A DNA stretch of 47,295 nucleotides. Origin: Candidatus Rifleibacteriota bacterium. Lineage in GTDB: Bacteria; Muiribacteriota; Ozemobacteria; Ozemobacterales; Ozemobacteraceae. The translations under genes were made by a program, and so were the position numbers. The notes beneath the pieces were generated by a model, which saw nothing but the letters and a program-made list of their open reading frames with translations, had not been told where the DNA came from and ran no database searches. The stretch is from assembly GCA_051747585.1 (NCBI GenBank), contig JBNJGH010000014.1, positions 1 through 47,295 on the forward strand, given 5' to 3'. This document shows, piece after piece, positions 17,584-28,820 of the stretch (positions are counted from its first letter, which is position 1; every line of letters begins with the position of its first letter).

Positions 17584-18582
17584 TTGTACAGACAGGATCC
17601 GGTAACTAAAAAGTGGGTTATTTTTGCCCCACACAGAGCCAAAAGACCTAAAAATGCCCCCCATGTGCAAGCCGAAATAAAAAAGGGTAAAGCCCAGAGC
17701 TGCCCGTTCTGTGAGGGTCCCAATGGCCCTGACCGAAAGATATTCAAGGTAAATGGAAAAGGTGACAACTGGCAACAATACGTATTAGCCAACAAATATC
17801 CTGCAGTTGAAACTGCTTTAGAACCTGTGCGCCATAAAACCAAAGGCGGCCGCCTCTCAATAGAGGGCTTCGGCATTTCCGAAGTCCTGGTCGAGACACC
17901 TTCTCACCATTCTCCTCTTTCACTTAGAGACCCCAGTGAAGTCAAGCAGCTTTTCAGGCTTTACAAAGATCGCGCTATCAAGCGTCTTGGCGACCCAAGA
18001 GTTACCCAGGTAATTATTTTTAAAAATTGCGGTCCTAAAGCTGGGGCAAGTCAACCACACCCACATTCACAACTTTATGCCCTACCCATAGTTCCGGGGC
18101 ATATAAGATTTGCCGCTGACTGCTACCGCCGTTTTTATGACGACGAGGGTTTTTGCCCTTTCTGTCTCCATAACAAAGGTGAAATAGAATCAGACGAGAG
18201 AGTAATTTATAATAAAAATGAGGTGCTGGCTATCTGCCCCTATGCCTCAGAAAATGCTTACGAAGTGCATCTTTTTCCAAGAGAGCATTTTACCAGCTTG
18301 ACTCTGATAGAAGATAAAGTCTTAGACAATATGGCCGATGCAACAAGAGTTATACTTAAAGCCCTCAAGGAAATACTGGGCTTATTCGATTACAATCTTG
18401 TATGGGATAGCGCGCCTCAGGACGATTGCGACGCACCATTCTTTCATCTGCGTCTACGCATAATTCCAAGGTTATCTACACCGGCAGGTTTTGAAATGGC
18501 GGCTCAGATGCCGGTAAACCCCATCCTGCCAGAAATAGCCGCAGACGAATTAAAACAGGTAATCGAGAAAGGGAAAAAATGA
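17584..18582 (+). CDS. galT: Galactose-1-phosphate uridylyltransferase (GalT) family protein
   Basis: RQDPVTKKWVIFAPHRAKRP, CPFC (x2), FKNCGPKAGASQPHPHSQ (HPH catalytic motif); TTG start with AGGAG SD. Exact substrate uncertain. Confidence 0.85.
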   Translation: MYRQDPVTKKWVIFAPHRAKRPKNAPHVQAEIKKGKAQSCPFCEGPNGPDRKIFKVNGKGDNWQQYVLANKYPAVETALEPVRHKTKGGRLSIEGFGISEVLVETPSHHSPLSLRDPSEVKQLFRLYKDRAIKRLGDPRVTQVIIFKNCGPKAGASQPHPHSQLYALPIVPGHIRFAADCYRRFYDDEGFCPFCLHNKGEIESDERVIYNKNEVLAICPYASENAYEVHLFPREHFTSLTLIEDKVLDNMADATRVILKALKEILGLFDYNLVWDSAPQDDCDAPFFHLRLRIIPRLSTPAGFEMAAQMPVNPILPEIAADELKQVIEKGKK

Positions 18583-20039
18583 ATAATACAATAGAAACCA
18601 AAGAAACTTCACAGGAAACAGAAAAAGAAAGACTGCAACCCATTGAATTTGACGGCTATAGTGAAGAGCTGCAGGAATCAATAAAGCAGAAGGGCTGGAA
18701 AGAAGCCATGCCGGTTCAATCAGGTGTTGCGCCTTATTTAATCCAAAATAAAGACATTATTGTCCAATCAAGAACCGGAAGCGGCAAAACTGCAGCTTTT
18801 CTTCTGCCAATTTTCGAACAACTTTTAGATACGGAACAAACCTGTCAGGCACTAATTCTGGTTCCAACCCGTGAACTTGCAAAACAGGTTTATACAGAAC
18901 TCGAATCTTTACGTGGCAACACAAAAATCGACGGCACTGCAATTTATGGAGGCACATCTTACAAGCCTCAATTTGCCGACCTGAAAGCGGGCGTGCGTGT
19001 AGTTATAGGCACTCCGGGCCGAATATTGGATCACCTGATGAAAGGCTCGCTTCAGCTGAAACATCTTAAATTCATGATTTTTGATGAAGCAGATGAAATG
19101 CTTTCGATGGGCTTCTACAAAGATATGGTAAAGATTGGTTCTTATCTGCCCAAACGCAGAACAACCGCAATGTTTTCAGCCACAATGCCGGAAAGTGTAA
19201 AAAGACTGGCCTCAAGATTTCTTCATGACCCCGAATTTTTATGTTTTTCAGGTGACAGCACCCATGTTACCGACATGGATCACTTATTCTATCAGGTTGA
19301 TCCAATGCAAAAAGACAGGGTTTTAATGAGAATTGTCGAAATGGAAGATCCGGAAAACGCAATAATTTTCTGCAATACCAAGAGCGAAGTTGAGTATGTT
19401 GCCGCTCTGCTTAAACGCTTTGGCTATGACGCCGATCAGATAAGCGGCGACCTTGGCCAGAATGCCCGCGAAGCAGTAATGAGTAAGCTGAAGAAAAGAA
19501 CCTTGAGATTTCTGGTTGCTACAGATGTTGCGGCAAGAGGTATCGACATAAGCCATCTTGAGTATGTTTTTATTTACGACATGCATAAAGATACAGACCA
19601 GTACATTCACCGGGCAGGCAGAACAGCCAGAGCCGGCAATCGTGGTATCGCAATCAGTCTGGTAAATCCAATAGAAGCGGTTGACCTTAAAAGGTTCGCC
19701 CGCCGAAGCGGAATAGTATTCGAAGAACGTCAGGTGCCGAGCGAAGAACAGGTTCAGAATCTTTTGTGCGAAAAATTGTCAGCTCGGCTCGAAGCCGATC
19801 TTCGCGACAGCACAACAGCCCAGAAAGAGCGCAGTAAGAGATATGCCGGTGTATTAAGAGAAATAAATTCGAGTGAGAATACAGAAGAAATTCTGCTAAT
19901 GCTCATAGATGAATATCACCAGCGCCTGATAAAAAAAGGCCGCGAAAAAGTTGAAGATGAAAAACCGCCCCAAAATAATAAAGAATACAAAAAAACAGGC
20001 AAAAAACCTTATAGAAGAGGAAGAAATTCTAAAAGGTAA
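18579..20039 (+). CDS. DEAD-box RNA helicase
   Basis: SRTGSGKT, PTRELA, TPGR, DEAD, SAT, TDVAARGID, HRAGRTARAG; basic C-terminal tail. Confidence 0.95.
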   Translation: MNNTIETKETSQETEKERLQPIEFDGYSEELQESIKQKGWKEAMPVQSGVAPYLIQNKDIIVQSRTGSGKTAAFLLPIFEQLLDTEQTCQALILVPTRELAKQVYTELESLRGNTKIDGTAIYGGTSYKPQFADLKAGVRVVIGTPGRILDHLMKGSLQLKHLKFMIFDEADEMLSMGFYKDMVKIGSYLPKRRTTAMFSATMPESVKRLASRFLHDPEFLCFSGDSTHVTDMDHLFYQVDPMQKDRVLMRIVEMEDPENAIIFCNTKSEVEYVAALLKRFGYDADQISGDLGQNAREAVMSKLKKRTLRFLVATDVAARGIDISHLEYVFIYDMHKDTDQYIHRAGRTARAGNRGIAISLVNPIEAVDLKRFARRSGIVFEERQVPSEEQVQNLLCEKLSARLEADLRDSTTAQKERSKRYAGVLREINSSENTEEILLMLIDEYHQRLIKKGREKVEDEKPPQNNKEYKKTGKKPYRRGRNSKR

Positions 20040-20191
20040 ATTTTTAAAATTGATTTTCGCAATAATGGAAATCGCTCTGCCGAGCAAATTATTCTCGATT
20101 AAATCTTGCAAGAGTGCTTATTCTGTTATAAATAAGTTCTACTGAACTTTCGTTTTCAGTAAAATTTTCAGTTTGAAAGGAATAATCTGAA

Positions 20192-22147
20192 ATGGGTAAA
20201 ACCACCAAACACAAATTTAAAACCGAGGCCAGACAGTTACTGGATCTAATGATACACTCCGTTTACTCACACAAGGAAATTTTTCTGCGCGAATTAATTT
20301 CCAACTCTTCAGATGCTCTTGACAAACTTAGATTTGAAGCCCTTACCAATGAAAACCTCAGAGATCTCACTGATGATCTGCATATTCGCATTAGCCCTGA
20401 CAAAGAAAAGAAAACTCTGACGGTTTCAGATAATGGTATTGGCATGAGCAAAGATGAAATTATAGAGTTTATCGGGACAATTGCCAAATCAGGCACAGGC
20501 GAATTTGCCGAACTACTCAAAAAGGCTCAGGAACAAAAAGAAACGGCTCCCGAACTTATCGGACAGTTTGGCGTTGGTTTTTATTCTTGCTTCATGGTGG
20601 CAGACAAGGTTGAACTGATCAGCCGAAAAGCCGGTTCTGACGAAGCCTGGAAGTGGTCTTCAGATGGCCATGGGAGTTATGAAATGGCACCGGCAGAGCT
20701 TGAAACTAACGGCACCTCGATAACCCTTCATCTGAAACCCGAAACAGAAGATGACGAAGACTTTCAAGATTTCACTGCTGAATGGGTCATAAGACAGGTT
20801 GTAAAAAAATATTCCGACTTTGTTGCCTATCCGATTCGAATGAAGGTAGAAAGAACCGAAATAGAGCGCGACGAAGAAGGTAAACCCAAAGAAGGTGGCA
20901 AAGAAGAAACTGTAGTTGAAGACGAAGTATTAAATTCAATGAAAGCCATCTGGCTCAGACCTGAAAAAGAAGTTGGCGACGAAGAATATCAAGAGTTTTA
21001 CAAACACATAAGTCATGACTGGAACCCTCCTCTGAAGTGGAACAAATTTAAAGCAGAAGGCACCTCGAGTGAATTCAGCGCTTTGCTTTACATTCCCGAA
21101 AAACCCGGTTTTGACCTTTACATGCCAAACTCGTCACGGGGTATCAATCTTTATGTAAAACGTGTTTTTATAATGAATGACTGCGAAGACCTGATACCTG
21201 AATATCTTAGATTCGTTAAGGGTGTAGTAGATTCAGACAGCCTTTCGCTCAATATTTCCCGAGAAATTCTCCAACAAAATCGACAAATTCAAACCATACG
21301 TAAAACTGTGACCCGTAAAGTACTTGATACCCTTAAAAAATTACTCAAAGAAGACAGAGAAAAATATATCGCCTTCTGGACAAACTTTGGCCCGGTTATC
21401 AAAGAAGGACTGTTCAAAGAGCCTGCTTACAGCGAAAAGCTTTTTGACTGCTGTCTTTTTCAGACCACTGCTTCTCCAACTGACTGGTTTACCATGAAAG
21501 AAATTGCCGAGCGCATGAAAGAAGGACAGGAAAAGATTTATTACATTACCGGCGAAAACCGGGAAATGCTTGAAACCAGTCCTCATCTTGAGGCCTTCAA
21601 AGAAAAAGGCTATGAAGTTATGTTGCTGACAGACCCGGTTGACGAAGTCTGGGTACAGTTTGCCAGTGAATATAAAGGCAAAAAACTGCAATCTGCCTCT
21701 AAAGGCGACGCCGACCTTGGCACTGAAGAAGAAAGAAAACAGGCTGAAGACACCAGAAAGAAAAAAGAAGAAGAATGGAAATCTCTTCTCGAGACCATTC
21801 AGAAAAAACTCGACAAAGATGTAAAGGCCGTAAGAGTTTCTTCCAGATTAAGCAGCTCTCCTGCATGCCTGGTAAGTGAAGAAGGTGACATGAGTCCTCA
21901 CCTGGAATCACTTCTTAAAGCCTCGGGCAAAGAGGTTCCGGAAATCAAACGAATCCTCGAGCTTAACCCCAACCATCCCCTGCTTAACAAAATGCAGGAT
22001 CTTTACTCGAAAAACCCTGACAATCCTGTAATTGCCGACTATGCCGAACTTCTGTTTGGGCAGGCTCTGCTTGCAGAAGGCGGGCAACTTCAAGATCCCG
22101 CTTCTTTCAATCAGAAAGTAGCTGAGCTGATGGTAAAAACGCTTTAA
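20192..22147 (+). CDS. htpG: Molecular chaperone HtpG (Hsp90)
   Basis: FLRELISNSSDALDK, DNGIGM, IGQFGVGFYS, LNISREILQ, ILELNPNHP. Confidence 0.98.
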   Translation: MGKTTKHKFKTEARQLLDLMIHSVYSHKEIFLRELISNSSDALDKLRFEALTNENLRDLTDDLHIRISPDKEKKTLTVSDNGIGMSKDEIIEFIGTIAKSGTGEFAELLKKAQEQKETAPELIGQFGVGFYSCFMVADKVELISRKAGSDEAWKWSSDGHGSYEMAPAELETNGTSITLHLKPETEDDEDFQDFTAEWVIRQVVKKYSDFVAYPIRMKVERTEIERDEEGKPKEGGKEETVVEDEVLNSMKAIWLRPEKEVGDEEYQEFYKHISHDWNPPLKWNKFKAEGTSSEFSALLYIPEKPGFDLYMPNSSRGINLYVKRVFIMNDCEDLIPEYLRFVKGVVDSDSLSLNISREILQQNRQIQTIRKTVTRKVLDTLKKLLKEDREKYIAFWTNFGPVIKEGLFKEPAYSEKLFDCCLFQTTASPTDWFTMKEIAERMKEGQEKIYYITGENREMLETSPHLEAFKEKGYEVMLLTDPVDEVWVQFASEYKGKKLQSASKGDADLGTEEERKQAEDTRKKKEEEWKSLLETIQKKLDKDVKAVRVSSRLSSSPACLVSEEGDMSPHLESLLKASGKEVPEIKRILELNPNHPLLNKMQDLYSKNPDNPVIADYAELLFGQALLAEGGQLQDPASFNQKVAELMVKTL

Positions 22148-22160
22148 CCTGTTATCTCAT

Positions 22161-22210
22161 GTCTCACAGCCGGTGTTTGATTCTATAACCGGCTGTGAGA
22201 CTTTATTTAT
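22161..22210 (+). terminator. htpG terminator
   Basis: 14-bp stem GTCTCACAGCCGGT/ACCGGCTGTGAGAC followed by TTTATTT. Confidence 0.8.
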
Positions 22211-22226
22211 TTCGGGGAATTAATCA

Positions 22227-23333
22227 ATGCAGACAATCAAACCACAAAATACAGAAAAATGTAACATTGTACTGGACATAGAAGTGGCCACAGATTTTCC
22301 TGATAAGAAACCACTTTTTATCACCGGCAACCTTCCAGAGCTGGGGAACTGGGATCCGGCGGGAAAAAAACTGACCCCTTTGAATAAAAACCAGTATGAA
22401 ATAAGCTTGCAAACCGAACCCGGTGCTATAATTGAATACAAGCTTACCAGGGGTAGCTGGAAGACTCAAGGCATCTGCAATAAAACAGATATTCCACCTT
22501 CCAATATGGTTATAAAAGCTATTTCAGATAGAAAAATTCCAATTAAAATCATCGACTGGCTTGACCAGCAGATTATTCACTCAGACCCGGTAAAAGGAAC
22601 TGTGCTGATAAACGATAAGCTTAAAAGTACAAAACTTAAATATCAACGAAACGTTAGAATCTGGTTTCCGGAAGGCTACAGCTCGAACTCACAGCCCCAT
22701 TCCGTTATATATATGCATGACGGGCAGAACCTTTTTGATCCGGGCACAGCCTTTGCCGGGGTTGACTGGAAAGTTGACGAAACCATAACCAGCCTTTTAA
22801 AACAAAGATTAATTAAAAAGTGCATTGTAGTAGGCATAGATAATTCTCCTGACCGAATGAAAGAATTAAATTTTCACACTGATGCGGGCAAAGCGTATTC
22901 AGACTTTGTATGCTCGGTAGTTAAACCCTTTATTGACAAAAAATTCAATGTTTTGACCGACCCCGCCAACACTTTTATAATGGGCTCATCGATGGGTGGA
23001 CTCATGTCAATGCAGATGATTCTGGCCCGACCCGACATATTTGGCGGTGCCGGCTGTCTTTCATCAGCATTTAATCGAACTTACGGGAAACTTGATAAAT
23101 GGATCGATAAAACACCGGTATTGCCTGAAGGCATAAAAATTTATCTAGATACCGGCGAATATGAGCCTCCCATAGTTAATGATTATTTTAAAATGATCAA
23201 AACTCTCAAACAAAAAGGCTTTAGAGAAGGTTACAACCTGATGGGCGTTTTCGATGAAAAGGCTACCCATTGTGAAGCTGCCTGGGCCAGACGGTTACAC
23301 TACCCTTTGAGATTTCTCTTAAATCTGATTTAA
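22227..23333 (+). CDS. CBM20-fused alpha/beta-hydrolase esterase
   Basis: N-terminal FITGNLPELGNWDP and EYKLTRGSW (CBM20); YMHDGQNLFD, GSSMGG nucleophile elbow, HCEAAW. Confidence 0.88.
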   Translation: MQTIKPQNTEKCNIVLDIEVATDFPDKKPLFITGNLPELGNWDPAGKKLTPLNKNQYEISLQTEPGAIIEYKLTRGSWKTQGICNKTDIPPSNMVIKAISDRKIPIKIIDWLDQQIIHSDPVKGTVLINDKLKSTKLKYQRNVRIWFPEGYSSNSQPHSVIYMHDGQNLFDPGTAFAGVDWKVDETITSLLKQRLIKKCIVVGIDNSPDRMKELNFHTDAGKAYSDFVCSVVKPFIDKKFNVLTDPANTFIMGSSMGGLMSMQMILARPDIFGGAGCLSSAFNRTYGKLDKWIDKTPVLPEGIKIYLDTGEYEPPIVNDYFKMIKTLKQKGFREGYNLMGVFDEKATHCEAAWARRLHYPLRFLLNLI

Positions 23334-23370
23334 CTCTGTTTGTTAATCTATGGCAAAAGCAACACAAGAC

Positions 23371-23692
<322 letters not shown>

Positions 23693-23757
23693 TCTTTCCC
23701 GGCTGATAATAATTGCCAGAACGCTGACCGAGAATTGCTGATAATATCTACTAAGGT

Positions 23758-23786
23758 TTGACATTAAACTGGTTTTCGCATATATT
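23758..23786 (+). promoter_or_regulatory. Sigma70 promoter of the rhodanese gene
   Basis: TTGACA-N17-TATATT. Confidence 0.75.
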
Positions 23787-23822
23787 TGAGTTAAGATTAA
23801 ATGACACTAATAAGGAGTCGTT

Positions 23823-24335
23823 ATGAAATATACCTATTTTCTTTTACCTATAATTTTGCTGGCCTTTTTCTATGGTCCTTTATCAGCAAGTCGCGGGACC
23901 TGCGCTCCCCAGGCAACTTGCGCTGATGGTGTCTGCGGACCAACAGAAAGCAGCCACGAACATCAAGAAGTTCGTGACCATGAAAAAGAATCAGAAAAGG
24001 AATCCCCTGCAACCTTAAACACTTCCGGGCTTAAAACTCTTCTCGACAGTGGCGCTCCTGTTATTCTGCTCGATGCAAGGTCTGACAAATTTGACGATGG
24101 GACCAGAATTCCCGGCGCGAAATCTTTAACTGACAAATCTTCCATCGAAGAAGTAAAAAAAGTTATAAACGACAAAGAAGCGCTGATAGTAACTTATTGC
24201 TCTAACCTTCAATGCCCCGCCAGTTACAAACTCTATAAACATCTCAAATCGCTGGGTTACCCAAATGTAATAAAATACCCGGAAGGCATCAAAGGCTGGA
24301 AAGAAGCCGGCCTGCCAATTAAGACAATAAAATAA
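23823..24335 (+). CDS. Exported rhodanese-like domain protein
   Basis: Signal peptide; ILLDAR, RIPGAKSL, VTYCSNLQC, YPEGIKGWKEAGLP; AAGGAG SD. Confidence 0.9.
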   Translation: MKYTYFLLPIILLAFFYGPLSASRGTCAPQATCADGVCGPTESSHEHQEVRDHEKESEKESPATLNTSGLKTLLDSGAPVILLDARSDKFDDGTRIPGAKSLTDKSSIEEVKKVINDKEALIVTYCSNLQCPASYKLYKHLKSLGYPNVIKYPEGIKGWKEAGLPIKTIK

Positions 24336-24349
24336 TCTCTGTTTGCTAC

Positions 24350-24390
24350 AGCTGTCTTAGAGCCTGGAAGCTCTGAGACAGCTTTTTTTT
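24350..24390 (+). terminator. Rho-independent terminator
   Basis: AGCTGTCTTAGAGC/GCTCTGAGACAGCT plus T-run. Confidence 0.85.
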
Positions 24391-24469
24391 ATTTTAGAGA
24401 TAAAAACTGCTTTAAAATATTGCTTATTCAGCCTATAATAGCAGCATATAAAGATACTGGAGGTACACT

Positions 24470-26614
24470 TTGAACAAGAATACATTAATAACAGTAATGT
24501 GTTTCCTCTTCTCAATCATTTGCATCAGTCAAACTACAGCTGCTGTAATTACATTTGCAGACGGCTCCAATAAAAAAGCTGATTCAATTGAATATTCGGG
24601 CAATAAATTAAAAATTGCCTCAGGCACTGATACTGCCGAATTTGGCCGCCAGGATATTCAGGATATAAGCTTTACGGCCAGAAATCGGAAAAAAGCTTCT
24701 CTGGCAACTAGTAGCGCAGACCTTCAAGACCTTTACCAGAAAGCCCTCGCTTTACTAAAAAGATACCCGGACTCAGAATCTTTGCTGGTAAGTGAAGAAA
24801 CAAATTATATTCAAAGACGTGATGGCACCAATCTTTCAAGACATAGAGGCGTAAGCTTTATAGTTAAAGAAGAAGCTCTATGGCAATCTCAGGTTTCAAT
24901 TTCATTTGATCCTCACCGTGAAAGAGTAAAAATTCTTCATGCAAGAAGTCTGGGAGCTGACGGCCAGGTACATACTTTATCTCAAGATCAGATAAAAATC
25001 GCTAAAGGCAGCTCCGGCGGTGTTCACTTCAATCAACGCCAGCAACTCAGATTTTCGATTCCGGAAGTGGCGGTTGGATCTCTGGTTGACTACAGTTATG
25101 AAGTTGAGGAATTCAATCCATTCGATAAAAACCTTTTCCAGGGAAGATCATATTTTCAAGGAAGCTCGCCTGTAGGTGAATCGGTTCTGAGAGTAAGCGT
25201 TCCCCATGACAAAAGACTTTATTATGTCGCTAAAAATTGTGAAGGTTATGCGTCTTCACCAAAAAAACTGGATGGTGTAGACACAGTAATTTACAGCTGG
25301 AAATTCACCGATATGCCACCGATCACTCCAGAGCCCTATATGCCATCCTATCGCGACATAATTCCTGCAGTATATTTCAGCTTGAATAAAGACTTCTCTT
25401 ATATTCACAACAAATTAAAACCGATGTATGAAAAACGATTCAAGTTAACGGATATGGTTAAAAAGCAGGTTGATGAAATAGTTGAAGGCGCAAAGAGTCT
25501 TGATGAAAAGATCGCCAGATTATACAAATTTTGTCAAAAAGAAATCAGATATATATCTATCAAGGGAAACCTGGCAAGTAATCAAGTCGGACATCCTGCA
25601 GAAGAAACTCTGAAAAATAAATACGGAGACTGCACTGATAAAGGGATGTTACTGGCAACTATGCTTAAACATATAGGCGTCGAGGCCTATCCAATCGGAA
25701 TTAGAACCAACTCTGCAGGACGCGCAGTAAGAGATATCGGCATATTCGATGACAATCACTGTATTACAGAAGTACACCTTGATGGGCGAATTTTTTACCT
25801 GGATTCAACTGCTACAGACTTTCGCTATCCTTATTTCAGACCTGACGACCATGGCACAAATGCAGACAATGCCATGTTACAAACTTTGAATCCAGTGCCT
25901 CTTCCACCGCCGGAAGACAATGCAGTGCAAGTTGTCAGAAATATAAAACTCCGCTCTGATGGAACCACTGAGATAGATTTCACCAGCGAACAGAACGGTT
26001 CGTCTGAGGCTTATTTTCGTCAATCAGCTCGCAATCTTAAGCCTGAAGAATATGAAAAACAGATTCGTGCTTCTGTTTCAGCCCTTACCGCTGATTATGA
26101 ACTAAAGGTGGCAACTCATAGCGATCCGCTTGATTTCAGCCAGGCTTTTAAGGCTCGCTCGGCTTATACGTTAAATAAATTTGCGCCGAAATCCGGTAGA
26201 TTCATGATTTTCTCGATACCTTATTTTGAGCTAAGCTTTCCCGAAATCAGCCTGAAAGAAAGAAAATATCCTATAGAATACACAACGACTCGACTCAAAA
26301 CCGAAGAAATAAATATCGAAATACCTGAAGGCTACAAGGTGAATTACCTGCCTACTGCTTTGCGAGTTCAAAGCCCCTATGTAGAATTTGAAGTAATTTA
26401 TGACCAACAGGGCGATAAAATTACTATCACGCGAAAACTTGCGTTTCCGCGCAGATTAATTCCCGTTCACGAATATGATAAATACAAGTCACACCTGGAA
26501 AAAATCGCCCTTTCAAGCAAGGAAAGAATATTTCTTGAAGAAATAAAGCAAACCGAACAGCAAACAGCAATACCGCAGAACACTGAAGGTAGAAGCAAGG
26601 GAGAAAGTAAATGA
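24470..26614 (+). CDS. DUF3857 + transglutaminase-like protein (catalytic triad intact)
   Basis: TTG start with GGAGG; signal peptide; IPEVAVGSLVDYSY, IRYISI, YGDCTDK, NHCI, YLDST. Confidence 0.85.
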   Translation: MNKNTLITVMCFLFSIICISQTTAAVITFADGSNKKADSIEYSGNKLKIASGTDTAEFGRQDIQDISFTARNRKKASLATSSADLQDLYQKALALLKRYPDSESLLVSEETNYIQRRDGTNLSRHRGVSFIVKEEALWQSQVSISFDPHRERVKILHARSLGADGQVHTLSQDQIKIAKGSSGGVHFNQRQQLRFSIPEVAVGSLVDYSYEVEEFNPFDKNLFQGRSYFQGSSPVGESVLRVSVPHDKRLYYVAKNCEGYASSPKKLDGVDTVIYSWKFTDMPPITPEPYMPSYRDIIPAVYFSLNKDFSYIHNKLKPMYEKRFKLTDMVKKQVDEIVEGAKSLDEKIARLYKFCQKEIRYISIKGNLASNQVGHPAEETLKNKYGDCTDKGMLLATMLKHIGVEAYPIGIRTNSAGRAVRDIGIFDDNHCITEVHLDGRIFYLDSTATDFRYPYFRPDDHGTNADNAMLQTLNPVPLPPPEDNAVQVVRNIKLRSDGTTEIDFTSEQNGSSEAYFRQSARNLKPEEYEKQIRASVSALTADYELKVATHSDPLDFSQAFKARSAYTLNKFAPKSGRFMIFSIPYFELSFPEISLKERKYPIEYTTTRLKTEEINIEIPEGYKVNYLPTALRVQSPYVEFEVIYDQQGDKITITRKLAFPRRLIPVHEYDKYKSHLEKIALSSKERIFLEEIKQTEQQTAIPQNTEGRSKGESK

Positions 26615-28809
26615 AAACCTCGGTTAGTTTATTAATAATTTTATGCCTGTTCATGAGCCCGGTCTATGCTGATATTCTCTACCTGAATGAAGGAGAGGAG
26701 CTAACCGGCAAGCTTTTAACCATAAAAAACAATCAGATAAGTTTTAAAAAAATTAGCGGAGAAAAGGTTAATCTGGAATTTTCCAAGGTAGCTCACATCC
26801 TGATTTCAAAAATCCGCAAAGGCGATGAAGTCAAAAATGTATCAGAAATAAAAGATGCAACAGCCTTGAAAGTTTTAAAAAATCTGCCTGACTTCAGACA
26901 ATTTGCTGACTCTGACCATGTAACCCTTTTTCGTCAGGATACATTTGACTTTTCTGCTGACAATTCCATGACTCTTACCACCCGAGAAATCATTAAAATT
27001 CTTAAAGAGCCCGGTTTGGAGAAAGGAAACAATTCAGTTTACTTTTTTGCCGATCGCGGCGACTGCGAACTGTTATATGGGCACACTTACTCTCCAGATG
27101 GAAAAGTCTACCACATAACCGACGACGCTGTATCCTTAGAATCTCTTAGAAGCGGAACTCCCGAGTATGCCAAAACCAAAAAATTAAAAATTGCTCTAAA
27201 AAAAGTAGATATTGGCAGTATTATCGATTTTTCACATCGAAGAAAAGTTTTTGGAATCAATGAAATACGACCAAACGTGATTTCATACGTTTTTGGCGAG
27301 CGAGAACCGGTTTTGCACCAGGAATGTATTATCAAGTTCCCGGAGAAATTGAATTTCGAGAAAAATCTGTTTCAATGGTCAGATAAAATCAAATTCAGCG
27401 AACAAAAAACCACCGAGAATAAAGTTGCCTGGAAATGGACTTTCAGTGACAAAGAAGGTTTTGTTCCCGAACAAAATATGCTGCCGTTAAAAAGAATTTT
27501 TCCAAGATTTACCGTGCATCGCAATTATCCATGGGAAAAAACTGCAGAATCTCTCATAGAAGCCTATAAAGGAGCACGACCAACCCCTGAAGCCTTAAAC
27601 AAGCTTATAAAAAAGGCGGGCATAACCGACTCTATGAGTGATTACGAAAAGACTACAGCCCTTTATGAGACCATAAACAAAGAAATAAGGCATGTAGGCA
27701 TGACAGTTTCTCAGATGGGCAGCTTCGAACCGGTATCTGCTGAAGTTACTTTAAATAAAAAATATGGTAACCGCCACAGCCGGGTTACTTTGATGTATTT
27801 TGCCCTTAAAAAACTCGGTATAGAAGCTTATCCCGGCTTTTGTTCAGATAAATGGGAACAGGCAACTGTAGAAGATTTCAACAATATAGGCTTTTCGCGA
27901 TATGCTATTTTAAAGGTCATTCTCGATGGAAAACCTTTCTATACTGAATGCATGTCCCTATACCGGCCTTTCGCAACAATTTCGACGATTTTACAAGGTG
28001 CAACGGCCTGTTTTCTTGATCTTGAAAACTCTGAGTTCAGCTTTTCCAAGCTACCCAAAACTACTCACAGCTGGAATCGCTACAACAGAAATATTCTTGT
28101 AAACCTGAATTCCGATGGTGATATGGAAGTTAAAGAAATGGTATCGTTTCGCGGCCCATTTGAGGCCGGCATAAGGGAATTAAAAGGGCTAAGGGATATA
28201 GAAAAAAGAAATTATGCCGAACGCCGGGTAAAAAATGTTCACCCCAACGCCTTATTAAAAAACTTTGCCTTTACTGAAATAGATAACCTGAATGCGCCGG
28301 CAGTTTTAACACTTCATTACTCAATTCCCGGGGGCGCACAAAAAGCTTCAAATAAAATTATGACTTTTAAAAATTTCTGGGTAAATTACCAGTCCAGCTC
28401 AGCAAGCCTTAATAAACGAAAGTATCCGATGAAATACTGGGCAACCGAAGAAAACACCCAAACCATAATGTTCGAGCTTCCAGAAAATTTTGACTGGGTA
28501 CCATGGAACAGGCAATATAATTATAATTCAGGCAACATAAGTTTTATTTCAAATATGAATCAGCATGAGAACCAGTTGATTTATTCAGATCGCTTTATTG
28601 CCCGTGATGATGAGTTTTTAATCGATAAAACTTATCAGAATTATCGTAGTTGTATTTTGACCATGAGTGAGCTTGCAAATCAGTGGATAATTCTTGAAAA
28701 AGTTGCTGAACCTGAAAAGCAACCCAAGGTTTCTACCGAGAAATTACAAACTGCAAGTGAATCCATTGATTTAAATCAGATTCAAAAAACAAACAAAGCG
28801 GAAAACTGA
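26611..28809 (+). CDS. DUF3857/transglutaminase-like paralog (catalytic Cys absent)
   Basis: Same architecture (VDIGSIIDFS, EIRHVG, TLNKKYG) but GNRHSR replaces GDCTDK; ATGA overlap with the upstream gene. Confidence 0.8.
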   Translation: MKTSVSLLIILCLFMSPVYADILYLNEGEELTGKLLTIKNNQISFKKISGEKVNLEFSKVAHILISKIRKGDEVKNVSEIKDATALKVLKNLPDFRQFADSDHVTLFRQDTFDFSADNSMTLTTREIIKILKEPGLEKGNNSVYFFADRGDCELLYGHTYSPDGKVYHITDDAVSLESLRSGTPEYAKTKKLKIALKKVDIGSIIDFSHRRKVFGINEIRPNVISYVFGEREPVLHQECIIKFPEKLNFEKNLFQWSDKIKFSEQKTTENKVAWKWTFSDKEGFVPEQNMLPLKRIFPRFTVHRNYPWEKTAESLIEAYKGARPTPEALNKLIKKAGITDSMSDYEKTTALYETINKEIRHVGMTVSQMGSFEPVSAEVTLNKKYGNRHSRVTLMYFALKKLGIEAYPGFCSDKWEQATVEDFNNIGFSRYAILKVILDGKPFYTECMSLYRPFATISTILQGATACFLDLENSEFSFSKLPKTTHSWNRYNRNILVNLNSDGDMEVKEMVSFRGPFEAGIRELKGLRDIEKRNYAERRVKNVHPNALLKNFAFTEIDNLNAPAVLTLHYSIPGGAQKASNKIMTFKNFWVNYQSSSASLNKRKYPMKYWATEENTQTIMFELPENFDWVPWNRQYNYNSGNISFISNMNQHENQLIYSDRFIARDDEFLIDKTYQNYRSCILTMSELANQWIILEKVAEPEKQPKVSTEKLQTASESIDLNQIQKTNKAEN

Positions 28810-28820
28810 AACCCGACATT

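Noticed and set aside
20094..20120. CIRCE element upstream of htpG
   Set aside because: Only a right-arm-like GAGTGCTTA is present; no TTAGCACTC left arm at 9-nt spacing.
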